A stretch of DNA of 64,000 nucleotides from an uncultured Holophaga sp. (lineage in GTDB: Bacteria > Acidobacteriota > Holophagae > Holophagales > Holophagaceae): positions 1,856,001 to 1,920,000 of the forward strand of contig OY761614.1 in NCBI GenBank assembly GCA_963664825.1, written 5' to 3'. Shown piece by piece: positions 1-9,555 of the stretch. The position numbers and the translations under genes were made by a program. Positions within the stretch are counted from its first letter, which is position 1. The number at the start of each line of letters is the position of its first letter. The notes under the pieces are model-generated. The model was not told the DNA's origin. It did no database searches and saw only the letters and a program-made list of their open reading frames with translations.

Positions 1-840
1 AGGGCCTTTCAGCGGGAAGCCCTCGTGCTGGAGTCCAGGGTCGAGGAACGCACGGAGACCCTAGCCCTTCGCAACAAGTCCCTGGAGCGCCTGCATCACC
101 AGCTGAAGCATTCCTTGGAGAGCCGCATGCAGCTCATGCGCACCGTGAGCCACGACCTCCGCTCGCCCTTGACGAGCATCATGCTCTCCGTGGACCGCCT
201 GCGGGATGCGGAGGGCGACCCGTCCTCCGAGGGCAAACTGAACGTCCTGGACCGGGAGGCCCGGCGGATGGAGGCGATCCTCCGGGGCCTGCTGGATCAG
301 GCGCAATCGGAATCTCTCACCGATAGTCTCAATCAGCGCCTATGCCGCCCTTCCGAGGTCATGGAGGGCCTCACCGATACCCTCCAGATGAAGGCCGAAG
401 CCCGCGAGCTCTCCACCCACCTCGACCTGGACCCCCGCGTCGACACAGTCTGGATCCTGGCTGATGCCGCGGCTCTTCAGCAGGTGCTCTTCAATCTCAT
501 CGAGAATGCCCTGAAGTTCACGGACCCACCCGGCACCATCGGTATCCGTTCGGAGGTGGGGGAGGGTACCTGGGCCCTGCAAGTATGGGATACGGGCCGA
601 GGCATCGACCCCTCCCATCGGGAGGACATCTTTCGGGCCTTCCATCAGACCCAGGAAGGGGATGAGCGGAAGGGTTGGGGGCTGGGCCTCAGCATCTGCA
701 AGACCCTGGTGGAAGCCCATTCCGGGCGCATCGAGGTGGTGAGCGAAGTGGGCAAGGGCTCGACCTTCCGAGTGGTCCTGCCCCTGGTCATGCCCGACGG
801 AGCCAAGGGGGAGGGCTCATCGTTGGAAGGTGTGGGCTGA
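1..840 (+). CDS. Sensor histidine kinase, 5'-truncated by window edge
   Basis: H-box SHDLRSPLTSI, N-box QQVLFNLIENALKFT, G boxes DTGRGI and GWGLGLSI; upstream of a sigma-54 response regulator. Confidence 0.9.
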   Translation, partial: RAFQREALVLESRVEERTETLALRNKSLERLHHQLKHSLESRMQLMRTVSHDLRSPLTSIMLSVDRLRDAEGDPSSEGKLNVLDREARRMEAILRGLLDQAQSESLTDSLNQRLCRPSEVMEGLTDTLQMKAEARELSTHLDLDPRVDTVWILADAAALQQVLFNLIENALKFTDPPGTIGIRSEVGEGTWALQVWDTGRGIDPSHREDIFRAFHQTQEGDERKGWGLGLSICKTLVEAHSGRIEVVSEVGKGSTFRVVLPLVMPDGAKGEGSSLEGVG

Positions 841-872
841 CGCCGGGCCCTCCGAGGGCGTACCCTCTAGGG

Positions 873-2252
873 ATGCGTTCCCTCCTGACCATTCTCATCG
901 TGGATGACGAACCGGGCATCCGGCGGAGCTTGGGCGAATCGCTCTCGGAAGAGGGCTACGCCGTGCTCAAGGCCGAGCGGGGCGAGCAGGCCCTGGAACT
1001 TCTGGAGAATTCCGATCCGGATGCCATCCACCTGATGCTGCTCGATATCTGGCTGCCGGGCATCGATGGCCTGGAGACCCTGCAGCGGGCCAAGATCCTG
1101 CGTCCCGATCTGCCGGTGGTGATGATCAGCGGCCATGGCAGCATCGAGACCGCCCTTCAAGCCACGCGCCTGGGCGCCTTCGATTTCCTCGAGAAGCCCG
1201 TGGATCTGGACCGCCTCCTCCTGGTGGTGAGCCATGCCCTCAAACAGGGACACCTGGAGCAGGAGAACCAGCGGCTCCAGCAGGAGGTCGAGCAGGATCG
1301 CTTCTTCATGGCCGAGAGTGCGGCCATGAAACGCCTCCTGGCGGACCTGAAGCTCGTGGCGCCCACCGAAGGGCGCGTGCTGCTGACCGGCGAGAACGGC
1401 AGCGGCAAGGAGGAGGTCGCCCGTCTCATCCATGCCCAGAGCCTTCGGGCCAAGGGGCCCTTCGTGGAAGTGAACTGCGCGGCGATCCCGGAGGAACTCA
1501 TCGAATCCGAGCTCTTCGGCCATGTGAAGGGGGCCTTCACCGGCGCCATCCGGGACCAGAGGGGCAAGTTCCGGGAAGCCCATGAGGGCACCCTCTTCCT
1601 GGACGAGATCGGGGATATGTCCCTCAAGACCCAGGCCAAGGTGCTCCGGGCCCTTCAGGAGGGCCGCATCGAGCCCCTGGGAGGAGGCGGCGCCGTGAAC
1701 GTGGATGTGCGCGTCATCGCCGCCACCAACAAGGATCTCACCGAGGAGATCAAGGCCGGGCGCTTCCGGGAGGATCTCTTCTTCCGTCTGGCCGTGGTAC
1801 CGCTGCGGGTGCCCCCCTTGCGGGAACGGGGGGAGGAACTCATCTCCATGGCCGAGGCCTTCCTGGCCCGCTTCGCCCGCAGCTATGGGCGCTCTCCCAA
1901 GCGCCTGGCCCCGGAGGCCCGGGAAACGCTTCTGCGCCATGATTGGCCGGGCAATGTGCGCGAATTGAAGAACCTCATGGAGCGGGCCCTGATCCTTGGA
2001 CGCGGGTTGGAGATCGGCACCCGGGACCTAGGTCCTCTCGCCGTGCGGCACCTGGCGGAACCCGACCCCTTCGCCTTTCCCGAATTTCCCAGCCTCAAGG
2101 AGGCTCGGGACTGGTTCGAGTCCGTCTACATCCAGCGGGAGCTCAAGATCCAGGGCGGCAACATGACCCGGGTGGCCGATAAACTGGGCCTGGATCGCTC
2201 CAATCTCTACAAGCGCCTCAAAGTCCTGGGCGTCGAGACGAGGGAGCCATGA
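873..2252 (+). CDS. Sigma-54-dependent response regulator (NtrX/NtrC-like: REC, AAA+, Fis HTH)
   Basis: ILIVDDE receiver start at ATG 873; GENGSGKE Walker A; GAFTGA; HDWPGNVRELKN; C-terminal HTH. Confidence 0.93.
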   Translation: MRSLLTILIVDDEPGIRRSLGESLSEEGYAVLKAERGEQALELLENSDPDAIHLMLLDIWLPGIDGLETLQRAKILRPDLPVVMISGHGSIETALQATRLGAFDFLEKPVDLDRLLLVVSHALKQGHLEQENQRLQQEVEQDRFFMAESAAMKRLLADLKLVAPTEGRVLLTGENGSGKEEVARLIHAQSLRAKGPFVEVNCAAIPEELIESELFGHVKGAFTGAIRDQRGKFREAHEGTLFLDEIGDMSLKTQAKVLRALQEGRIEPLGGGGAVNVDVRVIAATNKDLTEEIKAGRFREDLFFRLAVVPLRVPPLRERGEELISMAEAFLARFARSYGRSPKRLAPEARETLLRHDWPGNVRELKNLMERALILGRGLEIGTRDLGPLAVRHLAEPDPFAFPEFPSLKEARDWFESVYIQRELKIQGGNMTRVADKLGLDRSNLYKRLKVLGVETREP

Positions 2253-2399
2253 TCGCGATCAAGTGGGTCGCGACCATGTGGGTCGCGAAGTGCGCTCCAG
2301 TGGAGCGCGCGCAGCGGGGCCCCACAGGGAGCGAATCATGCCTTGGTGGGACGTACCGCTACCCCGCAGGGAGCGAATCAGGCTTCAGCGAGGCCAGAC

Positions 2400-2960
2400 A
2401 TGGCGGATAAGGTCTGGTTCAAGATCGGGGAGGCGGCTCGTTTGGTCGGCGCCACCCCCAAGGAACTCCGCTACTGGGAGAAGGTGATCCCCGAGCTCCA
2501 GCCCCGTCGTTCCAAGGGCAATCTCCGCTACTACCACCAGGAGGATCTGGTCCAGCTGCACCGCATTCGCCAGTGGCTGACCGAAGGGTGCACGGTCTCG
2601 GATTGCCGGGAGCTGCTCCTGGGCTCATTCACGGGCTTTCCCAAATCCCAAACCCCGCTGGAGCCTGGGAATGGGCGGAAGCTGGAGGCTGCGCTGAATG
2701 CCCTGCGGACCCTCCATGCCAGGCTCGTGGTGCCCCTGGACGAAGCCCTTCCCCCGGATGGGAAGCCCAAAAATCCGCCCCGGCGCTCCCGAAAGTCCCC
2801 CTCACCGGCTGCCGGGGCGCTTTTCCTGGACGTGGAAGCAGAGATCGAAATCCCGGAGGCTGTGGCAGTGCCGAAGCGGGTCCCCAAACCCAAGCCCGAG
2901 GAGGAGAGCCAGAGCCCAATGTGGTCGGGAGGCCAACTCCCCCTGGAATGTGAGGAATAA
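2400..2960 (+). CDS. MerR-family HTH transcriptional regulator
   Basis: [29 protein letters not shown]; usual position just before tRNA-Pro(GGG). Confidence 0.85.
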   Translation: MADKVWFKIGEAARLVGATPKELRYWEKVIPELQPRRSKGNLRYYHQEDLVQLHRIRQWLTEGCTVSDCRELLLGSFTGFPKSQTPLEPGNGRKLEAALNALRTLHARLVVPLDEALPPDGKPKNPPRRSRKSPSPAAGALFLDVEAEIEIPEAVAVPKRVPKPKPEEESQSPMWSGGQLPLECEE

Positions 2961-2985
2961 TTCCGGTACAAGCCTTCGTCGCGCC

Positions 2986-3014
2986 TTGACCCGGTTCCTC
3001 GATTCCCGTAGACT
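2986..3014 (+). promoter_or_regulatory. Sigma-70-type promoter for tRNA-Pro
   Basis: TTGACC-17 bp-TAGACT, 10 bp upstream of the tRNA. Confidence 0.6.
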
Positions 3015-3024
3015 CAATGATTCA

Positions 3025-3101
<77 letters not shown>

Positions 3102-3104
3102 AAC

Positions 3105-3139
3105 ACAATGGGCACCCAAATGGGTGCCCATTGTCATTT
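3105..3139 (+). terminator. Hairpin terminator after tRNA-Pro
   Basis: ACAATGGGCACCCA-AA-TGGGTGCCCATTGT followed by short T run. Confidence 0.6.
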
Positions 3140-3293
3140 CGCGAGAAGATTCGGACTTCCGAATCGGTGATGGCGCGCGGGTAGCGAAAGCGGAACAGGC
3201 TCCGGGGGAGCCTGGGAAGCGTCCGCCGGAGGCGGTTCGCGCGCGCAGCCAGCACCGCAGGGCGCAGCCGAAGTTCGAATCTTCTCGCGCCGA
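3140..3293. repeat. tRNA-linked element: inverted (3140-3162) and direct (3270-3293) copies of the tRNA-Pro T-arm/acceptor 3' end
   Basis: 3140-3162 is the reverse complement of 3072-3094 with 1 mismatch; 3270-3293 is identical to 3075-3098. Confidence 0.85.
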
Positions 3294-3411
3294 GCAAGCC
3301 ACTCGGAGGGGCGGGCCTTGATGTCGGGATTACAGTAACTCTCGCCGGAGACCGAAAGGAATTTTATCCTGTCCTGTCAATTTCCGTCTGTTCTTTTTCC
3401 TGGAGGTGGCC

Positions 3412-4998
3412 ATGAACTTCCTGAGCCGATTTCCTATTCGTCAGAAGTTCAGGATCATCCTGGCCATCCAGGTCGTTCTCCTGGTCGCGGTGGCCCTGCT
3501 GAGTTGGTTCAGCCTCCAGCGCCTCCAGACCGATTTCAATCAGACCTCCCAGCGCCTGAACCGCGCCGCCAAGCTCACCCAGGTCATCGCCAACGCCAAT
3601 CGCATCCGCATCGTCCATGTGTCCCTCTTCGGCGCCTCCGAGCACCCTGAATATGTGGCCAAGCGCCTCAAGCGGCTGCAGGAGCTGGAGACGGTCTTCG
3701 GCACCGATCTCGAAAAGCTGGAGACCATGGATTGGGACGCATCGGACAGGCCTCGCATCGCCGAGGCCATTGGCCTCCTGCGCCATTACACGGGGGCCTT
3801 CGCTCCCCTGTTTGAAGGTGCCAAGCAAACCCGCAACACCGATGTCACCATCCCCATGGAAGCGAACTATGGGGAGATGAACCAGGCCCGGGATCTGCTG
3901 GATAAGATCCTGGAGGCCCAGCGCAGCGGGGCCGAGGCGCTCACGGCCCAGGACAACCGGTACGTGGACCAGAGCCAGTCCTGGATTTTCGGAGTGGCGC
4001 TGGTGGCGATGATGCTCGGGATGGTCCTCACCACCCTGGTCTCCAAACAGGTGGAGGCCGCGGCCCAGGCCATCGAGAGGGCCATGAGCGCCCTGCATCG
4101 CGGGGATCTGACCCACATCAGCGCCGTGGGTTCCAAGGATGAACTGGGGCACATTTCATCGAGCCTGGATCAGGCCGTCGCCAATCTCAGGAACGATATC
4201 CTGGGCATTTCCGCCATCAGCGAGCGCAATGCCTCTGGCGCCACGGAACTCTCCGCTACCGCCGCGGAACTGAATGCGGCCACCGCGGAGATCAGCCGGG
4301 GCGCCGAGCAACAGCGCCGCGCCGTCGAACAATCCGCTGCGGCCCTCACCCAGATGTCGACCTCCATCAGTGAGGTTCAGGCCAGCACCTCACGTGCCGA
4401 ACAACTGGCGGACGCCTCGCTCCAGGCGGGCGCCCAGGGCCTGGAGAGCACCCAGGACTCCACCCGCGCCATGACAGACATCCAGGAGAGTTCCGGCAAG
4501 GTCAACCGCATCACCATCGTCATCGCCGATATCGCTCGGCAGACCAATCTGCTCTCCCTCAATGCCGCCATCGAGGCCGCCAAGGCGGGCGCACAGGGCA
4601 AGGGCTTCGCCGTGGTCGCCGAGGAGATCCGGAAGCTGGCCGAGCGCAGCGCCTCGGCGGCCAAGGAGATCAGCACCCTCATCCAGGAGAGCAGCGAGCG
4701 GGTGGACCATGGCACCCGCGCCGTGGCCCGAGTGACCACCAGCCTGGACGCGATCGATCGCAATATCCGGGAGTTGGCCGATCAGGTGCGCCTCATCGCC
4801 AGGGCCATGGAGGAACAGTCCCGGGCCAGCGAAGATGTGGTCCGGGCCATGGACACCACCAATTCGTTCACGGAGCGCAACGTATCTGCGACCACGGAGC
4901 TGGCCTCTTCCCTCAGCGAAACCAGCCGCACTGTCGACGACCTCGCCCAGCTTGCCGCGGAACTCCGTCAGCTCACCACCAAGTTCAAGGTGACCTAG
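3412..4998 (+). CDS. Methyl-accepting chemotaxis protein (4-helix sensor, HAMP, MA domain)
   Basis: Two TM segments; [40 protein letters not shown] signalling hairpin; GGAGG RBS before ATG 3412. Confidence 0.95.
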   Translation: MNFLSRFPIRQKFRIILAIQVVLLVAVALLSWFSLQRLQTDFNQTSQRLNRAAKLTQVIANANRIRIVHVSLFGASEHPEYVAKRLKRLQELETVFGTDLEKLETMDWDASDRPRIAEAIGLLRHYTGAFAPLFEGAKQTRNTDVTIPMEANYGEMNQARDLLDKILEAQRSGAEALTAQDNRYVDQSQSWIFGVALVAMMLGMVLTTLVSKQVEAAAQAIERAMSALHRGDLTHISAVGSKDELGHISSSLDQAVANLRNDILGISAISERNASGATELSATAAELNAATAEISRGAEQQRRAVEQSAAALTQMSTSISEVQASTSRAEQLADASLQAGAQGLESTQDSTRAMTDIQESSGKVNRITIVIADIARQTNLLSLNAAIEAAKAGAQGKGFAVVAEEIRKLAERSASAAKEISTLIQESSERVDHGTRAVARVTTSLDAIDRNIRELADQVRLIARAMEEQSRASEDVVRAMDTTNSFTERNVSATTELASSLSETSRTVDDLAQLAAELRQLTTKFKVT

Positions 4999-5005
4999 CT
5001 TCCGA

Positions 5006-5914
5006 TCACGGGATGGAGGGCTCCGTTCCCCTGGTCCGCAGGATCGGGGGCGGCGGGCAATGCAGTTCCAGGACCTGCTCCGTGCGGGGATGGGGCAGGG
5101 AGAGCCTCAGGGCGTGGAGCCGGTAGCCTTCGTCCCCGGGCAAGGCCCCGCCCGGGCGCAGGCCGCCGCCGGCCGCGTAGAGGGGGTCGCCCACCAAGGG
5201 GTGGCCGCTGGCCGCCATGTGGATGCGGATCTGATGGGGGCGGCCCGTCTCGATATGGACTTCCACCAGGCTCACCTCTTCCCGGCGTTCGAGCACGTGG
5301 ACATGGCTGGTGGAGGGCCTTCCGGCCGCATTGGCGGCATGGACGCTGCCCAGGGTGGGATGGGGCACGGGCCCGATGGGCGTGGTGATGGTGAAGGCGT
5401 CCTCCGGGGGATGACCCTCCACGAGGGCGCGGTAGAGCTTGGTGACGCGGTGTTCGCGCCAACTCGCCAGGACATCCGTAGAGGCCAGGGGCGTGCGCGT
5501 GAAGAGCACGAGGCCCGAGGTGCCTCGGCCGAGGCGGTGGACGGGGGAGGCTCCCGGGTAGTGGCGACGCACGAGAGCCAGCAGCGTGTGTTCCAGGAAG
5601 CCCCCGCCCGGGAGCGTCGGCAATCCCGAGGGCTTGGCCACGGCAAGCAGGTCCTCATCCTGGAAGAGCACGGCGAAGGCCATGGGCACCTCCGGTTCCT
5701 CCCAGGGGGGCCGCATCCAGGAGAGGGACTGCCCCCGCTGGAGGATCTCCTCGGCCCGGGCCCCGTGGCCATCCAGCAGGACGAGGCCATCGGTGATGTG
5801 TGCCTCCCAGGCGGTCCGGGAGCTATGCCGATAGCGCTCCGAGAGGTAATCCAGCAGGGCGCGCTCTGCGCCGCGCCCGGTGATGATCTCGGTGTAGGTG
5901 AAGCCTGCGTTCAT
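5006..5914 (-). CDS. RluA-family pseudouridine synthase
   Basis: VAKPSGL, VHRLGRGTSG (usual catalytic HRLD reads HRLG here), ETGRPHQIRIH, LVGDPLY. Confidence 0.88.
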   Translation of the reverse strand: MNAGFTYTEIITGRGAERALLDYLSERYRHSSRTAWEAHITDGLVLLDGHGARAEEILQRGQSLSWMRPPWEEPEVPMAFAVLFQDEDLLAVAKPSGLPTLPGGGFLEHTLLALVRRHYPGASPVHRLGRGTSGLVLFTRTPLASTDVLASWREHRVTKLYRALVEGHPPEDAFTITTPIGPVPHPTLGSVHAANAAGRPSTSHVHVLERREEVSLVEVHIETGRPHQIRIHMAASGHPLVGDPLYAAGGGLRPGGALPGDEGYRLHALRLSLPHPRTEQVLELHCPPPPILRTRGTEPSIP

Positions 5915-5917
5915 GAT

Positions 5918-7075
5918 TCAGCCCGGATCGGGCAAGCGGAAGTAGAATTGGGTGCCCTGCTCCGGTGTGGAGCTGAAGCCCACCTCTCCACCGAGGATGT
6001 TTTCCCCCAGGAGCTTCATGCTGTAGGTGCCGAGCCCCCGGCCCCGGGGGCCCTTGGTGCTGAAGGAACGCAGGAAGATCCGACTGGCGATGTGGGGGGG
6101 GATGCAGCCTGGATTGTGGACGGTGAAGCGATGGCCTCCGTCTTCGCGCTCGACACGAACTCCCACACTCCCGCCAGAGGGTGTGGCCTCCAGGGCGTTG
6201 ATGACCATGTTGAGGAGAATGCGGTGAAGGAGGCGCCCATCGCTGAGAATCCGGAGCCCTGGCGCTGGTGGTTGGATCTTCAGTTCGCGCTGGGCACTGC
6301 ATTGATGGTTGAGCACGGTGATCCTCAGTTCCTCGAAGAGGTCGGCAACGAAGAGATCCTGTGGGGTCACGCTCAGTTCCCCTCGCTCCGCCTGGAGCAG
6401 AAGGCGTTGGGCCTGCACCTCCTCGGTCAAGCAATCGGTGATGCTCATGATTTTCCTGGCCGCGTCGAGGCGGTCGCTGGTCGGCGACTGCAGGAGTTCG
6501 CTCCAGTTCCGAAGGCCCTGGAGGGTGTTCATCAGATCGTGGAGGAAGATCTGTTCCAGGGCCTCACGGCGCTTCTGGGAGCTGATGTCCCGCATGATGA
6601 GCACCAGAAAATCATGACCGTAGATTTTAAGCGGTGTGGCGCGCACCCAAAATTCGCGGGCATTCCATTTACCGTCTTGGCTGGAGCCCAGGAGGCATTC
6701 CCCCTCGGTAGGGCCGTCCTGCTGCTGGGCTGCCAGGATGGTCAGCAATGCGCCACAGCGCGTACATGCATTAGAAGTGCCGCATCCCTCCGGGCCTTCC
6801 TCCACATGAACGCACTTGAATACTTCCCCGGGGCGAAGGCCGCGGAAGCATGTGGGATCCTCGGCGGCCAGGGCGCGGAAAAGGGCGGCGTTGGCTGCCA
6901 GGATCTGCCTTTGCTCGTTAAGGATGAGCGCATAGCTCTCCACGGCATCGAGTACCGCGCTGACTACGGGGTTCTCCAGGCAGGCCGTGATTTCCCGATC
7001 CAGCTCCGCCCCTTCCAACCGTCCTACAAGGGAACAATGTATGGGTAGTGAAGTTTCAATGCCTTCTGGATCCAC
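5918..7075 (-). CDS. Sensor histidine kinase with Cys-rich PAS-like input
   Basis: IFLHDLMN H-box, NMVINALEA N-box, FSTKG..RGLGTY; Cys cluster in N-terminal half. Confidence 0.8.
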   Translation of the reverse strand: MDPEGIETSLPIHCSLVGRLEGAELDREITACLENPVVSAVLDAVESYALILNEQRQILAANAALFRALAAEDPTCFRGLRPGEVFKCVHVEEGPEGCGTSNACTRCGALLTILAAQQQDGPTEGECLLGSSQDGKWNAREFWVRATPLKIYGHDFLVLIMRDISSQKRREALEQIFLHDLMNTLQGLRNWSELLQSPTSDRLDAARKIMSITDCLTEEVQAQRLLLQAERGELSVTPQDLFVADLFEELRITVLNHQCSAQRELKIQPPAPGLRILSDGRLLHRILLNMVINALEATPSGGSVGVRVEREDGGHRFTVHNPGCIPPHIASRIFLRSFSTKGPRGRGLGTYSMKLLGENILGGEVGFSSTPEQGTQFYFRLPDPG

Positions 7076-7172
7076 AGAACCTCCCGGTCAACTCATCCCG
7101 CGTTCGCTGCGAGGTCCTGGGTTTGTGAAGTCAGCGTGAGCAGGTGAAAGGAAATATGATTATTTTTTTGTT

Positions 7173-7952
7173 TCAAGTCAATAGGATCTGCCAGCCCAGC
7201 CTCAGGATCAGGGCACTGACCACGACGATGAAGACGATGCGCACCCAGGCGCTGCCGCGGCTGAGGGCCGTGCGCGCTCCCAGATAGCCTCCCAGGCCAT
7301 TGCCCACGGCCATTGATAGGGCCACGGTGGGAACCCAGCTCCCCTGGGAGAGGAAGAGCACGAGGGAGGCGATATTGGAGGCCCAGTTCACGCTCTTGGC
7401 CAGGGCCGAGGCCCGCAGGAAATCAAATCCCAGCACCGTCACGAAGAGAAAGATCAGGATGCTGCCGGTGCCCGGGCCGAAGAGCCCATCGTAGAAGCCC
7501 AGGGCGAAGGCGATCACCAGGGCCAGCATCCGCTGGTGGGAGAGGCCGAACCTCGGCGCGTGAAGCCTTCCGGCGTCGGGCTTCAGGAGCGTCCAGGCCA
7601 GCATGACGATCATCAGGGCCACCATGGCGGGCCGCAGGTAGGGATCGAAGCGCCCCGAGAGGTAGTAGGCCAGCGCCACACCCAGGGCGGCGCCGGCCAT
7701 GGCGGCCAGGACCGGTCCCACCATCTCCTGCCAGCGCAGGATGCGCGCCCGCAGGAACTGCGAGGCTGCGAAGGTCGTGCCCGTGCAGGCCACCACCTTG
7801 TTGGTGCCGGAGATGACGGGCCAGGGGTGCCCGGGCAGGCCGATGAGGAGGGCGGGAATCGTGATGAGGCCGCCGCCCCCCACCACCGCATCCACAAAGC
7901 CTGCCAACAGGGCGGCCAGCACGAGGAAGGCGAGGGTCAGGGGGCTGGGCAT
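7173..7952 (-). CDS. TauE/SafE (TSUP) family membrane transporter
   Basis: AGFVDAVVGGGGLITIP, GTNK, GFYDGLFGPGTG motifs; multiple TM helices. Confidence 0.9.
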   Translation of the reverse strand: MPSPLTLAFLVLAALLAGFVDAVVGGGGLITIPALLIGLPGHPWPVISGTNKVVACTGTTFAASQFLRARILRWQEMVGPVLAAMAGAALGVALAYYLSGRFDPYLRPAMVALMIVMLAWTLLKPDAGRLHAPRFGLSHQRMLALVIAFALGFYDGLFGPGTGSILIFLFVTVLGFDFLRASALAKSVNWASNIASLVLFLSQGSWVPTVALSMAVGNGLGGYLGARTALSRGSAWVRIVFIVVVSALILRLGWQILLT

Positions 7953-7987
7953 GGAAAGATTCTATCGTTCGGCCGGGCATTCCGCCG

Positions 7988-8186
7988 CTGTCTCTGATCC
8001 ACGCCGCTGCAAGAGCCCAAGGCTGCACCGCAGCCGGTGACGACCCACCCCTGTCTCTGATCCACGCCGCTGCAAGAGCCGAAGGCTGCATTGCAGCCTG
8101 TGACGACCCACCCCTGTCTCTGATCCACGCCGATGCAAGAGCCCAAGGCTGCATCGCAGCCTTGGGCTCAGCATCGGCGGGATCAG
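7988..8186. repeat. 63-bp tandem repeat (about 3 copies) ending in a long hairpin at the frr stop
   Basis: CTGTCTCTGATCCACGCCG..GCAAGAGCC.AAGGCTGCA..GCAGCC starts at 7988, 8051 and 8114. Confidence 0.9.
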
Positions 8187-8749
8187 ACCTTCAGGATCTC
8201 CGCGTCCTTGCTCTTGGTGGTCTCTTCCACGTCCTTGATGAAGGCGTCGGTCAGCTTCTGGATATCGTCCAGGGCTGTCTTGGCGGCATCCTCGCTGAGG
8301 TGGGCTTCCTTATTCTTCTCCAGCTTCTTGATCTCGTCGTTGGCGTCCCGGCGGACATTGCGGATGGCCGTCTTGATCTCCTCGCCCATCCTGTTGACGA
8401 CCTTGGTGAGTTCCTTGCGGCGGTCCTCCGTGAGAGCGGGGATGGGCAGGCGGATCACGTTGCCGTCATTGCCGGGGTTCAGGCCCAGTTCACTCTTGAG
8501 AATGGCGGTCTCGATGGCCTTCATGGCGCCCTTGTCGAAGGGCTGGATCGCCAGCATAGAGGAATCGGGCACGCTAATGCCCGCGATCTGATTGAGGGGC
8601 ATGAGGGAGCCGTAGTATTCCACCTGGATGTTGTCCAGGATCGAGGGATTGGCGCGGCCCGTGCGGACGGTGGACAGCTCCTTCCGGAGCGTCTCCATGG
8701 AGGATTTCATGCGCTTCTTGGCTTCTGTGAGGATCGTTTCAACGGTCAT
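8183..8749 (-). CDS. frr: Ribosome recycling factor
   Basis: VRTGRANPSILD, LNPGNDGNVIR, LTEDRRKEL, IRNVRRDAN; ATG 8749 with AAGGAG RBS. Confidence 0.97.
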   Translation of the reverse strand: MTVETILTEAKKRMKSSMETLRKELSTVRTGRANPSILDNIQVEYYGSLMPLNQIAGISVPDSSMLAIQPFDKGAMKAIETAILKSELGLNPGNDGNVIRLPIPALTEDRRKELTKVVNRMGEEIKTAIRNVRRDANDEIKKLEKNKEAHLSEDAAKTALDDIQKLTDAFIKDVEETTKSKDAEILKV

Positions 8750-8873
8750 GGGGCTCCTTCGCGCATGCATTTGAATCAGCCGGTTGGGGCCATCATAGCG
8801 CAGGCGCGGGCGGGCCGGTCCTGAAAGGGGGATCGCCTTTCCTCCTCTTCGGCGCTCATCCCTTCCGGGTCCT

Positions 8874-9548
8874 CTAGCCCAGGCAGGTGCTGCAGCGGGC
8901 GCCTCCCTGGAGCCCTGCGAGGACGGTGGGAACGGCCGACAGATCGCGGATTTCCACCAGCTCAGCCTCGGAGTCTGGGCGGGGCCTGTCTTCACGGTTC
9001 AGCCAGAGCACGGTCCAGCCCGCCCCGAGGGCGCCCTGCACATCGTCATTCCAGCTATCCCCAACCATGGCGAGCTGACCCGGAAAGAGGCCGAGTTGCT
9101 GCTGGACGTTTTCAAAGGCGCCGATTTCGGGTTTCAGGAAGCCGGTCTCCGCGCTCAGGAAGCGACTGGGGATCATGCGCGTGAGTTCGAGGCGTTCGAG
9201 AAAGCCCAGATCGAAGCTCTGGGTATTGGAGAGGAGGGCGATGCGAGCCAAGTCCCGAGTGGCCTGCAGGGCCTCGCAAACCTCGGGAAAGCACTGGGTA
9301 TCGACCACGGCGTCGCTGAAGATCTCGGCCATGGCCTCGAACTGGGCCTGGCTCAAATCCAGGCGAGGGCGCCAGCGCTCCAGGAGGGTGGGGGCATCGG
9401 CGTGGGGCTGGACCATGGCATCGCGCTTGAACTGGGGGAAGAGGGGCCGCTGGGCTTCGGTCATCAGGGCGTTGAGCTGGCGGAAGGGATCCCCGCCCCG
9501 ACTGTGGACCAGCGTGTTCCAGAGATCGAAGACGACGGCGCGGATCAT
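8874..9548 (-). CDS. HAD-superfamily hydrolase
   Basis: Motif I VFDLWNTL, LLSNT, KP, MVGDSWNDDVQGA. Confidence 0.88.
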   Translation of the reverse strand: MIRAVVFDLWNTLVHSRGGDPFRQLNALMTEAQRPLFPQFKRDAMVQPHADAPTLLERWRPRLDLSQAQFEAMAEIFSDAVVDTQCFPEVCEALQATRDLARIALLSNTQSFDLGFLERLELTRMIPSRFLSAETGFLKPEIGAFENVQQQLGLFPGQLAMVGDSWNDDVQGALGAGWTVLWLNREDRPRPDSEAELVEIRDLSAVPTVLAGLQGGARCSTCLG

Positions 9549-9555
9549 AGGGCCC

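Noticed and set aside
7988..8186. 63-bp periodic repeat as a CRISPR array
   Set aside because: Whole units are near-identical with no unique spacers; it is a tandem repeat
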